From NCBI RefSeq assembly GCF_025526975.1, contig NW_026515673.1:682001-746000 (forward strand): DNA of 64,000 bases, read 5' to 3'. Made by a program: the position numbers and the translations under genes. Positions within the stretch are counted from its first letter, which is position 1. The number at the start of each line of letters is the position of its first letter. Under the pieces are notes generated by a model that was given only the letters and a program-made list of their open reading frames with translations, had not been told where the DNA came from and ran no database searches. Of this stretch, positions 38,030 through 51,311 are shown piece by piece. This DNA comes from Fimicolochytrium jonesii. Taxonomy: Eukaryota.

Positions 38030-38615
38030 TATCAAGCTAAACGGCCAAAAATGTGCGATGGCAAGGGTCTGGACCCGGGCTCCAATTCTGAATTGATGAT
38101 TATGGGAGTAAGTGCTGGTTGCGTGGCAGTTTTCAGTTTCTCAATACTAAGGCAACATTCTTCTCAGGCTAGCTCAAACCCGAGAACGAAGGAAAATGTC
38201 ACGCATTCAATTGACGACTCCGCCAAAATTATCCAGCTGTGTACGAATGCCCTAAAGCTTGAACTACTGAAGCACAAGGAAAAAAAAAGAAGTGCGTACC
38301 TCGAACTCCACTTTATGGTGGATAGGACAATAAAGTGGAGTCCGAGTACGCACTTCTTTTTCAATGACCACACTGGAGGACCGGCGATGGAAAGTAGTGC
38401 AACTACGCAGTGCTGAGATTCCGATGAGGTGGCGCGAACGGAGCAAGGTGCTCCAAGTATGCGAATTGGTGGCTGCAGCATATTCAACGCTGCTAGAGCA
38501 GCAGGAGCTTATGGAACGCATCTGCGAAGAGGAGAGCGGTGCAATTGAAGTGCCAGAGGAGGAAAGAGCACGCCAGGTCCTCAAAAAACTGTCAATCACC
38601 GCCTGCGAACCATGA
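38030..38615 (+). pseudogene. Degenerate C-terminal fragment of a fungal restriction-endonuclease-fold family gene
   Basis: KMCDGKG..ELMIM|ASS..KENVTHSIDDSAKII..WKVVQLRSAEIP..LLEQ..EESG resembles expanded families of early-diverging fungi. There is no 5' half and the frames are broken. Confidence 0.45.
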
Positions 38616-39070
38616 ATGCGGAAGGGTACGGAATCATCATAATACATCACCTACACACCGGCTTGCTTCTCGCCACGCTTTCACTCGCGCAACATCTCCC
38701 GCTCGCCCGTCGACATTCCGGGCATCGCATCGTGTCCTCATGCCCCCATCCGGATAAGCTCGTAGTACTGAAACTTTCTGAACGTTGCCGAGCGATTGAA
38801 TGCCCTCGGAGGAGATTATGAGCCTCGTGAAGGGGGAGGCGTTTTGGCAAGTGACTGTGATATGAAGAAATGTAGATTTACGGCGTTGGGCTAGTAGCAG
38901 GTTTTGTTGCGTAATTTGGAGCCGCTTGAACGTGTTCTTCATGATATAAAACCCTCAAATCGACTGTACAGTACAGCTCCATGCATAATAGGTCTCTTCT
39001 GCCCCTCACGGATTCCCTAAAAAGTAAACGACCAGCGCCTACTCCAACCCGTCCCCGTACGCCGCGCCGC

Positions 39071-40959
39071 TCATACATGTCCTAGAACTACGCAACATCG
39101 CAAGGTGCGTCCGCCGTTGAAAGCCGACTTGTGGAGTTTGTTGATCTTCCAACCCCAAGATTGAGTGTCTTGGAAAAGATCCGGCTTGCTTTCGAGGACA
39201 TAAAACTCGCTGCCGAAGTAGCAGTACAACTGAAACCAGGTGACGGTTGTTTGCCGCCTGTCGACATACGGCGCTGACATTCCACCGTTTTGCAGCTGCT
39301 CCGGATTTACAGCCATTCTTTGACTGATAGGAATGGTGCGTAAGTGTATGTCAAGAACATGGGCAGTTCGCAAGCTTGCGCGGAACTTACAGGTATACAC
39401 CCAACTTCGCTGGCTCGTCCCTGGGCACATTCTGTAGGTAGACTTGCCACATAGAGCTGAATGAAATGAGATCAGCATGTGCTATTTGCAATAAAAAGAG
39501 CTGAGTGCCGAAACTTACCCAGCGTAGAAAAAACGCTCACTGTAGACTTTCTCCCCGCTTGCAATCTGAACCAAATCGTGGAACTCCACCGAGAAGCGCA
39601 TAGGCGGGAACGTAGATCCGTCATGCTCAATGACATGTGGCTCATTCAGGAGCGTCGCCAAGCGCCAACCATCAATGTGCCGCGTATCCGATTCAGGAAC
39701 TATCGGTTCTTTGATGCCCAGTTGTGTCGTTTCCGGACTGGCACTAACGACCAGATTTTGCAGCTTCATTTGCGTCCACGCCGCGCGCTCCAGCGTGTCT
39801 CCGATCAGATGCCGATCAATGCATTGTGTGTCGTGCTGCTCAAACAGGCTTCGGATTTGCAGCAAGATAGAAAATGGTATATGCTCATAGGCAACGCTGT
39901 TACATAAAAGTTCACCGTAGGTTCCGCCGTCTGGGAACTCTTCCTCGTTCTTCTGCGAGTCGTAGGACTGTTCCACGTTTGTCATCTCTGCGGCCGAGGC
40001 CATGGCAACTTGCTTCACGCATATTTCAGGACTCTCGCTCATACCGAGTGCTGGCGTATCGCCAAGAGGCAAATGCGAGTTTTTGGGCGGCATATGGCGC
40101 TGGCGTTGACGCCTATTGATTATGTCAACAATGAAGCTCCATCGATCTTGCTCCGAGGGGATCCAGAAGCAATCGCTCGACAAAATTCGTTCGAGCCAGT
40201 CTATGGGCATTTCCTCGAAGACCGGTCGCAGCGAGCGCCGGCTGAAACCCTCTCGGCAGAGGTAGAGCAGGCATTCCTCAGTTATGGCCTCCGAGTGTTC
40301 GCCGTAGCAAAATCGATCGGCAAACAAGAGGTATTCCAGAACCGTTGCAGGGGATATGTCCGAGAGGATAAAATCCACCGCAACATCGCACAATTCTCGG
40401 TCGCAGAAAAACAGTCCTGCAGCCAGAACACTGCGCGCATTGCCTCCATTCAGCTTCACCTCGGTTCTTCCGTAAATCCTTCCCAATGTGATGGTGACGC
40501 CCTCAACCGTCATGTTTGGGTCTTCCACCTGTATTTTGACGGCCTGTTTGCCCTGCTCCTGCCAAGGCCCTTCCAACATGGCTGCAAAGTACTCGTTGTG
40601 GAGTAGCACAATCCGATGCAAGTTGTAGGTCATTCCTAAAATCTCGAGCGTGAAGTCGCTAAAAGAACCCCCAATGAATCCTTTCGTAAAGAGCGAATGG
40701 CCGATCCGCTTGAGAGGCGCTAGCGTCTTCGATACGTCCGCACTCGCATTTTTGGCGGTGTTTTTCGATAGGGGTGAGTAGGACTTGCTGACAATGGGAG
40801 AGGAGTTCATGACTGCACGACAGAGAAACGACGTTAGCTAATGAATGGAGCTTCGGCGGTCAATTCATCGTACTTACGGTCCGTTATTATGTCTTCGAGC
40901 AATGGGGACACCGGCCTTGCCATTTCGGCCGCTATCCGGGCGTACGCTGCTGCCGACAT
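39071..40959 (-). CDS. BTB/POZ-domain protein (germ cell-less/Btb2-like) with C-terminal MATH-like region
   Basis: SDFTLEILGMTYNLHRIVL..YFAAMLEGPWQE, BACK-like ILSSDCFWIPSE..RW, PPMRFSVEF, FYAG|SMWQVY, QSWGWK. Confidence 0.85.
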
Positions 40960-41528
40960 CGTCGTTATTGTTCAATATGCTTAAGTGCTAAACTAAACTC
41001 TTCAGAGTGATGTCTCTGTATGTAAGGGTGGTCAGATTCGGGACAAGCACGTAGCTTCCTCGAATTGCATTCGTACTCCATCGCAGAAATTATGCGCTGC
41101 GGCCGGTATCTTTCCCGCTGGGGCAAGATAAAACTGTCGGTCACGAGGGCTATCAGAGTAACGGAGCCATTCATGCTCTGTGTGTGCGTTTCAGGAATTC
41201 TGCGGTGCGCTGTTTGGGCGATACCAGAACCCGGCGGAGATTGGGATATTCGCGCTGTCGCATAGGTTACATAAGCCGCGATTATTGAGAACCCCTTTGC
41301 CTTAGGTGAGTCGAGTCACTCACCTCTACATAGCACCAGTTGCCCACTTCCAGCCATCCCCTTATTATTGCTTCGCATCCGATCTACAGCGGGCACAGCT
41401 GTATGTTCCCTGACTGTACTGTACATAATCAGCAGAGCCGGAGATCGCTATCAGAGCCAGCGGCTTCAACACCACTATATATCCTGGGATAACACTCGTC
41501 AACAAGTGCAAGCCAATAACTGCTATGG

Positions 41529-42612
41529 ATGTCATCATTTCGGCAATGCCTCCATACCTTGCTTCCAGCCTGCTCGAACGATACATCCATAGCTTTCCGG
41601 GAATTACGTTGGATGCTCGAAACAGTAGCCCTTCGGCGATTTCGCTCCGCATACTTTTTCCCTCGGCCATCTCGCCCCTTTCCGCAAGTACATTCTCTCT
41701 CCGATGAAGGTGTCCAGCACGCCTTTGAAAAAAGTTGCACAGACCATGAAAGGCAAAGGATTTTCCGCTGGGCATGGCAGAGAGGAAAAGAGAGCAGGCC
41801 TTTGCAGTATATATTGGGGACACAGGCCTTTTGCGGGATGGATATCAAGCTGCGGGCGCCGACGCTAATCCCAAGGTATGCCGTTCATACCTGGAAGTTT
41901 GGAAAGTGTGCGTCCGTCGATTGATGCGACATCTGGTCTGCACTCCATCAGATGGGAAACCGAAGAGTGGGTGACCCGTCTCTCCTCCATTCTAGCCCCC
42001 CAACTCTCAGATCGCAAAAAGCACAACCTCCCACATTTTCGCATACTTGATCTGTGCACAGGCACAGGATGCATCGCAATATCCCTCGCTCACTTGGCGC
42101 CACCACAAAGCGTCAAGATCACGGCAGTGGATATAGCCGACTCGGCCGTGGCATTGGCAGGCGTCAATGCACGCCGGTTGCTGGCGTCCAATGATGTGGA
42201 AGTACAGAAAGCGGATATCACGGACGACGCACAGCTAGCAGATATGCTCCGAGCAGGAGCGACGGGGGATACGAGATTTGACATTGTCGTTTGTAACCCT
42301 CCGTACGTGAGTGATGCGGAATATGCGGAAGTAGACGATGATGTTAGATTGTGGGAAGACAAACGGGCACTCGTCGCTGACAAAGAGGGAACAGCCCTAC
42401 TCGAACGCATCGCGCAGGTCGCGCAGGCGGGGCTGCTGACGACGCCTACCGAGATGGCCTCCAATGCTAAACCTGCTGTCCCGCGATTGGTAATGGAGAT
42501 TGGAGCCGCACAAGGGCCAGCTGCAAAGAAAATCGTAGAAGACGCTGGATTCCATCATGTGAGGATATGGAAGGATATGTCGCAACGAGACAGATGTGTT
42601 GTGGGATATTAG
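41529..42612 (+). CDS. MTQ1: HemK/PrmC release-factor glutamine methyltransferase (mitochondrial Mtq1-like)
   Basis: PLQYILGTQAF, LIPR|WETEEW, ILDLCTGTGCI, CNPPYV, MEIG, KDMSQRDR. Confidence 0.9.
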
Positions 42613-43223
42613 TTACCCGATCAGGGTTGAATGGAAAGGTCCCACACTCGATCTCATTCTGAGTTTCTCTGCGAGCGAACGATTCTGCGATTTGAAGTGT
42701 TAGTTTCGAGAAGGGGTAGCAGATATATAGAAGTGCTGAATGATTGAACATATACATAGAGGTTCGAAAGTTCGGCGAATTTTACATTCCGATCAACGAA
42801 ATGGGGCTCTGCCTTCGAATTGGTACGGTCCATATGTACTGTAATTTGTGTATTTTCCCAGTCGCTCCTTTTGTTGGGGTTCAAGTTGTCGAAAGTCCTT
42901 CCACTTTCGCGCCCCTTGGCCTCGTTCTGACTTTGCCCATCCCCCCTTTGCTCAGCTGAATTAACATCTTGCCACCCTTCCTTCCTCACCACCGTTACGA
43001 AGGACCTACATATAACAGGTAAGCTGTAGAACAAGGGCTCACTGGTTGAGCTGCGCCACGGAATCCCTGGCCGGCCTGGCCTTTGGGTTTCCTTCCGTCA
43101 GCTCCGCGCACTTTCTCCGCGTCATTTTCACCCAACCTTTCTGTAAACTGACTCCCTGACGCTTGACAGAGGCCCAGCACCGCCAAGCCAATCCACCTAC
43201 CTTCATTCAAACTTCTCGTCGTT

Positions 43224-44123
43224 ATGTCGGTCACATTTACAGAAGCATGTCCCGTGTACAGGTGGGTAGATTGCCAGACAGAGAATCGGTGATGTTCGCT
43301 CATAGCTCTTCTTTGCAACGCGTGCGATTCACTGATAACCTTTCCATGACGGTGCTAGCCCGTTCTTCGGAGCGATGGGATGTACAGCAGCCATTGTCTT
43401 CACCTGTAAGCGTTGCATGTTAGGTCGTCTGCGCGGGTTTAGAAAGTGAATAAAAGCTAACCCACCTCGATTATGAACCTAGGCTTCGGTGCTGCATATG
43501 GAACAGCTAAATCTGGAGTGGGAATCTCGATTATGGGTGTCATGAGGCCTGAGCTCATCATGAAGAACATCGTTCCCGTCGTCATGGTACGCTCAATCCG
43601 TGGAAAACAGCATCTGGAAGAGGAGAAATCCTCATGCATACCTTCATTACATAGGCTGGTATCATTGCTATTTACGGACTCGTGGTGTCCGTTTTGGTTA
43701 GCGGTGGACGTAAGTACATAGATACCATGCCCAATTTTGCTGATCCGCCGCCGCATGCAGATGTGCTAATCTTTCTCATTATTCACGTAGTACAACAGAA
43801 AATGTCCTTATTCGCGGGTTTCATTCAATTCGCCGCCGGACTCAGTGTCGGACTGAGTGGTTTGGCTGCCGGATTTACCATCGGTGTCGTCGGTGATGCC
43901 GGTGTGCGAGGAACCGCACAGCAACCCCGTCTCTTCGTTGGAATGATTCTGATTCTCATTTTTGCCGAAGTGTTGGGTCTTTACGGACTCATCGGTACGT
44001 TCTGAACTATGGAACCCTTGGCAAAGAAATGCGCTCTTTTATATTACCGGTCTAACATCAAGTTTTTCGACAGTCGCCCTTATTTTGAACACTAAAGCCG
44101 ATCCCACCGCTGGGTGTGCCTGA
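43224..44123 (+). CDS. VMA3: V-ATPase proteolipid subunit c (16 kDa), multi-exon
   Basis: [84 protein letters not shown]. Confidence 0.96.
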
Positions 44124-45426
44124 TTTAAGAGATACCACTTATCCTTCTCCTGCCCCCCCTCCCTTCCACCCCACCGTTGCCTGTGGTACGATGTAGACTT
44201 TGAACGAAGATGATTGTCTTACACCAGTCGTTCGCTTACGATCTACGCTATTTTACCCCGAAAGGATGGGCGCGTTGAATCGTGAAAGGGAGACATGTTG
44301 ATGCCTTCCAGCTGAAGAAAGCATCGTTCTGTGTCAACGATTGTGGAAATGTGGTTCGACTGTTCGACTGTCGAACATTCGAAAACCCTGCCACTGTCCA
44401 AAAAACCAAAATGGCTCTACCTCTGCATCTCGTAGCCAGGTCTGGCGGGGAGCGCTCCGAAAAACACGTTCGAGGCTCCGCGCCCAAAAGCGGGTTGACA
44501 CTGCCCTTGCAAGGCTCGGAACCACATGCTTGTTGAGCATCCATCCTCGTTCCGATGGACTCTGCCAACTACCCTCAACTAAGTGTCTCGAACACATTCT
44601 TGTTTGCTTAGGCTTTGTGGGTACGACTCGGTATGAAATCAAAATGTTGCTTGAGACTTTAAAGGCCTTCGGGAATCGGGAAGGGCATCGGACGACCAAA
44701 CTTGCGAGAGGATGCCCATTGATTTCTCTGGCTATCTTGGTGATTGCTTTTTTGCTTTGCACTCACTTTGAAGTTGGTGATTGGCATATACGTTTCACTC
44801 ACTCAAAAGGGTGAGAGACCGTCGTATCAGCGATCGCTCCGTGAAAGGAGCTTCCCGTTATATATCGTAGCCGTCTGCTGTCTTCCGCTTGAACACCGCC
44901 TGCCAGTGATGAGTGAAGAATCGGAACTTCGGAAGAGCTGTGGGTCACAGTGGGTGACACTGGGTGTGCCAAACTTGAAACGACCAAACGGTAGGTTTTA
45001 AGGTTAGTTCGATCGAGATCTACGGAAATGAGATGTGGCGCCATCTGTGTAACGCCGCGCCCAAGACTCCGACCAAGAAAAATCTTCACATCTGCGCAGG
45101 ACCCGGAGGATCCCAGACGGATCCCGCGAACGATCTTGGCCGTCGACAGGATCCCAACGAGTGCCGGTGTCTCACTTGCCAATATCTCGTACGGCAAGCA
45201 TACTCTCTTGGCTTTTAACTTTTCCTTCACTCTGGAGTGATAGGCAACTGCCGACTCGTTTCCATCTATGCTCCAGGCTCCAGATTTTGGACGGACGGTT
45301 TTGGCCTTCACGACGGTGGAGGAAAAAGCCCTTAATTTCATAGGCCTGCGGCCGTAAGCTGGCGAGGTGTGCAAACACAATCTCAGAAGTTCAAAACAAA
45401 GCGACGACACGTAACTATCCTAAAAG

Positions 45427-47942
45427 ATGCCCCGGTCTTTTCCGACCACCAGGGGGTGCTTCTCTACCCTTATTATTCTTCTGTCTGCGACGAAGACAAT
45501 TCTGGCCCAGCAACCGTGCACAGCAGCGCCACTCGCTTCAGCGGTATGCAAAGGAATTGTTGACTCAGCTTATCCAGCGATATCCAGCAATGTGACCGAC
45601 GACACCGAGCAAGGACTGCAGACGATGATGAGACACATCGATATCTTACGGACAATTGCACCGACCTGCTGGGGATATCTGACAAAGTTGCACTGCGGAA
45701 GTGCCTATCCAGCCTGTGTTAATGGCATCTCTGCGGTTCCTTGCGCAACGACCTGTAGTTTCGCGATGACTTCGTGCCGCGATACCCTCGTCTCGATGCG
45801 ACTGGACGGATATCTTCCAGACTGCTCCCGCGGAGTCACCCTCGGCTCGGTACAGTCCAGCTTTCCAATCACGCAGTGCTTGGGAGGAGATGCAGCTTCC
45901 GGGAAGCTGAGTGTACTACCAACTCAGGCTACCGCTATTCGGAACGCAACGGCGCCTGGAACTATCAATGGCGCTCCAGTTGGAATCGCCACGAGCTTTG
46001 TCGTGCTGCTAGCTCTCTGTGAGTTCAACAGTCAAGGTCACATGTACTGTACCTGCATCCTGCTAATCGGATACTTCTAGATGGTATATCGCTGCTCTGT
46101 CTGCTGGATCTGGCAATCGCTTTCACTCGCTTTCGCCGCTTCTACTCGGTCGCCTGCTGGGCGGTCGTTTCGGCCCTTTGGATCGTAACGATAGTCATTG
46201 GCCAGTGTGTATATGATTTGGATATACGCCGAGCCTATGCATCAAGTTTCTGCCAGATTCAAGCTCTAGCTACCACGGCTCTCGAGGTCGCTGGTCATGC
46301 TTTGGTCCTGTGCCTCGCGATAGACGTGTGGCTCTCCGCTCGCAAACCGGAACGAAAGGGGACTTTCAGCTGGAAGGGTATCCTCCCGGGCGCCGTCTTA
46401 GCCGTCCTTGCGGCGGCGACGGCTGCGGTTTTGTTGAAAATCAAGGCGAATCCGACAAGTCTCTCGTTTCCAGACAATCTTGTGCCTGGGTTCGGACCCG
46501 GAACGGTGTCGTGCACATATTTGTACCCCACAAACGGATGGACGATGTCCTCCGTGCCGCTCACGCTCGTCCTCGCTGCAATGACTCTAGGTCTTGCAGG
46601 TCATGCAGGGCTCATGCTATCAAGGGCACCAGAAGCATCGAAAGCAAACTACAGTCCAACCTACGCCAAGACCGGGACATCCCTTTCCACCCCCCTATGC
46701 CACCGATTCCTGGCGTTCATGTTGATCGCCGTTACGGCTGCTGGCATCCTTAACATCCGCTTATTCCAAGCGGGGAGATCGGGCAACTACGATCCCAGAT
46801 TTATCTTCAGTGATGCGCCTACGTACGAGGATTATGTCCTAGCAGCGGTCGGCTCCGCTGCGTGGGTATCGCTAGCCACCGCTCGAGAAGTCTGGGTGAA
46901 GACGGTCGTCGGCTCGTTGCTCACGACCAAGGCCAAAGGTGGCATCGACACGAGTAAGGCGATCGACATGCACGAGCGCCGCCCTACCACCTCGACAGCA
47001 CACAGTCGCACTGGAACGGTCAACAGCCGCACGACTTTACTCCGCAACCCCGATGGAAGCCAGCATCGCCGTGCGCCTTCTCTCCACAATCGGGCTTCCT
47101 TCTACAACGACCCGGAGCAGGTGGCGTACCCACCCGTCACCCTCGAGCGGCAAGCGTCTGGACACCACCAAGCCCCGCCTGTGCGAACAGCATCTCGCAA
47201 GCGCACCGTTCCTCTCGACCATCAGACCCCATTCTACGATAATGCAGAGGAGGTGTTTTACCCACCGCCGACACTCGACCGACAAGCCGCAGGGCCATAT
47301 CCGAGTCAGCAAGGGCACAATGACTTTGCTTTCAATAATCAAGTTTCTGCGTACAATGATTACGAGCACATTCAGTACCAACCTGCCACCGTCCAGCGGC
47401 AAGCATCGGGACCACGCCAGGTCCCGTACGCGCAAACGCCTTCTCGACAGCATTATACGGGGAATCCCGAGGAGCTCCATCAACCCTATACTTTAGGGGC
47501 CGTCGATTCACCGGCAGCTGATGCGTACGACGAATTGACGCATACGAGCATCGGGCGTCATCAAGGAAGCTCCAGGCACGCAGAATACGAGGCGTTCGAC
47601 GATGGGTTTGAAACCACCACAGACGACGGGTCTGCTTACCCTCCGTCGACATTCGTCTCGTTTGGTAGAGAGCTCACCACCGAAAGGCGGCAGCATCATT
47701 TGGATGGATTGCGGCGTTCTCCGACGTGGGATACCGCAGACGACATGGAGCAGCGCCACTACATGCGAAGGGCACCGACATATCCAGTGCGAAAGGCTCC
47801 ACTGGTGATTGACGTGATGTACGGGACGATGGGGGCCCCGTCTCCCAGGTACGCGCAGCTTCATAGTGGCATTGGTCGCCCCATCAAGCAGACAACGTTC
47901 ACGCAGATAGTTGTGCCAAGTCCGCAACCTGCCCCGTACTGA
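45427..47942 (+). CDS. Frizzled/Smoothened-like receptor: signal peptide, 10-Cys CRD, about 7 TM helices, long repetitive tail
   Basis: CRD spacing C..C..C..LHCGSAYPAC..PCATTC....SC..LPDC..FP..C. One intron (about 46019-46080) keeps the frame. TM3 starts FCQIQA. Confidence 0.78.
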
Positions 47943-48285
47943 AGGCGTAGCGGACTTTCTCAGGCGTATATCGGGTTATCCGGGCGTAGGGCACTTCATG
48001 TATATAATCTAATCATAAAGCATAAGTGAAAAGCTGCGTAGATTCAAGGGCGTTCTGTAGACAAGGGCAAATCAGAGTTGCCCGCATTCTCGACGATTTC
48101 ACCCAAATCGGCTGGCAAGACGATGGAGTGAAACACGACATACAGTATGCAAACCTTCCCCTTCCCCACTGATAGTCTAAGACGACCCATCCGCCCTGTT
48201 ATCCTGAACAGAAGAGCCTGACGACTGCACGCGGAGAGCAGCGACGGCCAAGTCACCGCTTGCGGCGTCGGTAATTACGACAGCG

Positions 48286-50723
48286 ATGTCGTGCGAAACT
48301 GGAATTCTGGGCGCGGAAGGCCGCGGGAGGCGGGGCGAATCCACCGGCGATGCGGGCAGATCCGCCATAAGTTGTGGACCCCAAACTGACGCACTTTGTT
48401 TGTAACCGTTCCTCCCGGCTCTCCATTCATCCCGTAGCTCCCGTAGTGGCCGGTATTCGCTCGGGCTGGCTTACCGGTGAGCTGCACATCCACAGACATC
48501 TCGCCTTGCGGGGCATCCACAAACCAAAATAGCCCCCTAAGTTTGACGTCCGCCCAGGATACGTGGACGAACATCAACTCCGAAAATTCACCGCGGCTAT
48601 GAACCGAACGTCACTCCCTACGCCACGGAGGTCAAACTTCGGCCCCCCACAGCGGGAACGTTCAGCTTCAGCAGTCAACGACCAGGACCGACCACCTTTA
48701 CAGCACACATCGTCAGTCTCGTCGAGTTTGGATGGCGGCTTTCGGTTTGACGAAAAGGAGGAGGACATACCCTCATTGCCACCTCCGACCCTTCGCAGTC
48801 CGCTTTACTCTGCGGACTTGTACATGTTTCTCTACCCCCACCTGATAGATGCCATTGCGGGGAGCTTACCTTCGGTAAGTCGGAAGTGTATTACGCTGGT
48901 TGTAGATCATGACGGCTGATCTTTTAACGTGGCTGATAGGATGCATGGGATTGGGCTTCGACTGAAGTGGCAGCGCCGATCGTTTTGGTGAAGGAGGAGG
49001 AGAAGAAGGTGAGGAAGCTAGGCCGAGTAGGCGCAGGTTTGGGGAGGGGCCAGGCAGCTTACACATTGGTATGCGATTGAAGGCGCCGGAAACGGTCGAA
49101 TCATCCTTGCAAAAAGATGGGAGAGGTGCGTCGAATCTAGAAGTCTTCAGCGCGATATGCAGACACTCACGCGGAACATTTGACAGGTTATGTTGTTTGG
49201 AACATGGTGGAGACAGAGCGGAATTACGTTGCTCAACTACGTACACTGCAATCGGTGAGACACGCATCAGCCTCACGTTTGGTCGAAGCTGCTGCTAACA
49301 TTCCACACGACGTAGTATTTCCGGCGACGCCTTGTTGATCAAGGTATTCTATCGGAAACAAGTAGCAGTCTCATCTTTGCGGGGATAGGTATGGGAACTG
49401 CTCTTGTCGGCCCGTCGTAGGATTGCGAGCGCTAAAGGAACGACTTTTGGCAGACGATCTTGTCAGCTTCCACAACCAATTTAGCGCGGAACTGGAGAAG
49501 ATTGTCGCTGTCGGGTCGTGGAATACGAGAGAATCCCGAATCGGCACTTTATTTATTCGCTTTGTTAGTACTTGTTCGTTTCTGGAACGAGCGGAGCGGT
49601 TCAGTCCTTGATTCTTCTTTGACTGGTTTTCTTCTCAACAGAAAGATGACCTAAAGCGGCTCTACACCAGGTTCATAGACAGTTACGCTATGTCGCAAAA
49701 ACTCATGAAACGGGAAGAGCGCGACAATCTGGAATATCAGAACTTCATGAAGGTGTGGTCAGGTTCGAAGGAGGAGGAGGAAGGAAAATATCACTAACTC
49801 GACTTTTCGTTCTTCATATAGGAAGCTGTCAAGCTAAAGGAAACTGGGCGGCAGCAGTTGAAGGTAAATGATACCGATACCCAATCTCTGTTGAAATGGC
49901 CCTGAACTTCCGATGGTGAAACGCAGGATTTCATGATTCTACCGGTCCAACGTACTGCACGGTATCACCTGCTCCTGAAAGGTATGGTCGCACTCCGGGA
50001 CTATCAGGGTATCGTTGCAAATTGTTTCTCACCGTTCTTCGGTCGTAGATCTAAGGAAGCGAACAGATGAAGATCATCCCGACTACCAAGACTTACAAAC
50101 CGCATGGGAAGCCATGAACGAGCTGGCCTCGTCCGTAAACGAAAAAAAGAGAAAAGAAGAAGAAGCCACCGGCCTATTCGAAGCGTTCGAGCAAACGAAG
50201 AACTGCCCCCCAACTCTAATTCGGCATACGCGCAAACTCGTACACAACGTCGATGTTGTATACCAACATCGCACGAGCAAGGTTATCCATCTTTTCTTGT
50301 GTTCGGATCTGCTGATGGTAACACATCCCATCGCGAAAACGGTCCTGGGATTTTCCAGAGATAAGGCCGAATATTCTTACAAATTCATCCGGTGGCTGGA
50401 TCTGCTGGAAATCGATGCGGAGTACTTGGGGTCACAGGGAGAAGGTAGGGAATGAATGTTTCAGAGCATTGGGTTGCGGAGAGCTCATGCGAATGTTCTA
50501 TTTTCGACCCTCAGCATACAAACACACCATCAAAATCACATACGACGCCAACAGACGAGATCCGAAAGACTCTAATACCCAACCCGTCGAGCAAGCATCG
50601 TTTTCCATGGTCGTTCAGTTCGAAGGAATGGAAGCCACCAAGAATCGGAAAGACTTCCTGATGGCGCTGGAATCGGAGATAAAGAAGAATAAGGAGACGC
50701 GGAGGGCGAAGAAACCTGCATAG
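48286..50723 (+). CDS. RhoGEF with DH-PH domains (Ect2-like), multi-exon; start uncertain
   Basis: VVWNMVETERNYV, IFAGI..LVSFHNQF, FMILPVQRTARYHLLLK|DLRKRTDEDHPDY, LFLCSDLLMVT. Confidence 0.85.
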
Positions 50724-51311
50724 AAGTGATACAACAGAACCTGATTCTCGACCCTCTGTGCGTCTGTGGGTATACTCACTCTCCACGGTCCTCGTCGCTG
50801 CGATGTGTTGCCTCCGCTCCCGCATACCTCCCGCGCAACATTCTCTCTCACTTTTTTTGGAAATCATCCTTCTGGCGTCGGAGGAACGGGTGGTCGTGCC
50901 AGCAGTCGGGCCAGCATGCGACTAGATCGGCATTGCGCGTCGCTTCAGGGTTGGGCCTCAAATCTCTAGCTGGAAAGCGGCGACCCTCCTTCTTCCGGGC
51001 GTACAATGTACAAGTCGCCGCACGCTCATGGCGTGAGCCCCTTCTCACAAGGCGATCTCTCCCGTCACCACTGTATTGCGATCCTGGCGCGAGGCTGAAT
51101 ACTGCAAAGCCGCTATCACCAATCCTCCTACCACTACCACTACCGCATCCGCATGTATAATCTCCTATTCAATTGGACATGGTCCCTGCTTATACCACGG
51201 CGTCTGGCGCATACCTGTATATAGTCTCTCTAATAGCAACGTCTTTCACCACATTGGAGCCCGGATGCTTGACGCGTTAAAATGAGCGGACGGCTTGGAC
51301 GCGTCCTCGTA

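Noticed and set aside
44248..45410. ORFs between VMA3 and the Frizzled-like gene
   Set aside because: No recognisable motif or consistent splice structure on either strand.
50800..51310. omegaRNA or RuvC-III continuation downstream of the Fanzor fragment
   Set aside because: No RDxNxAxN motif in the frames I read, and no recognisable transposon end or structured RNA.
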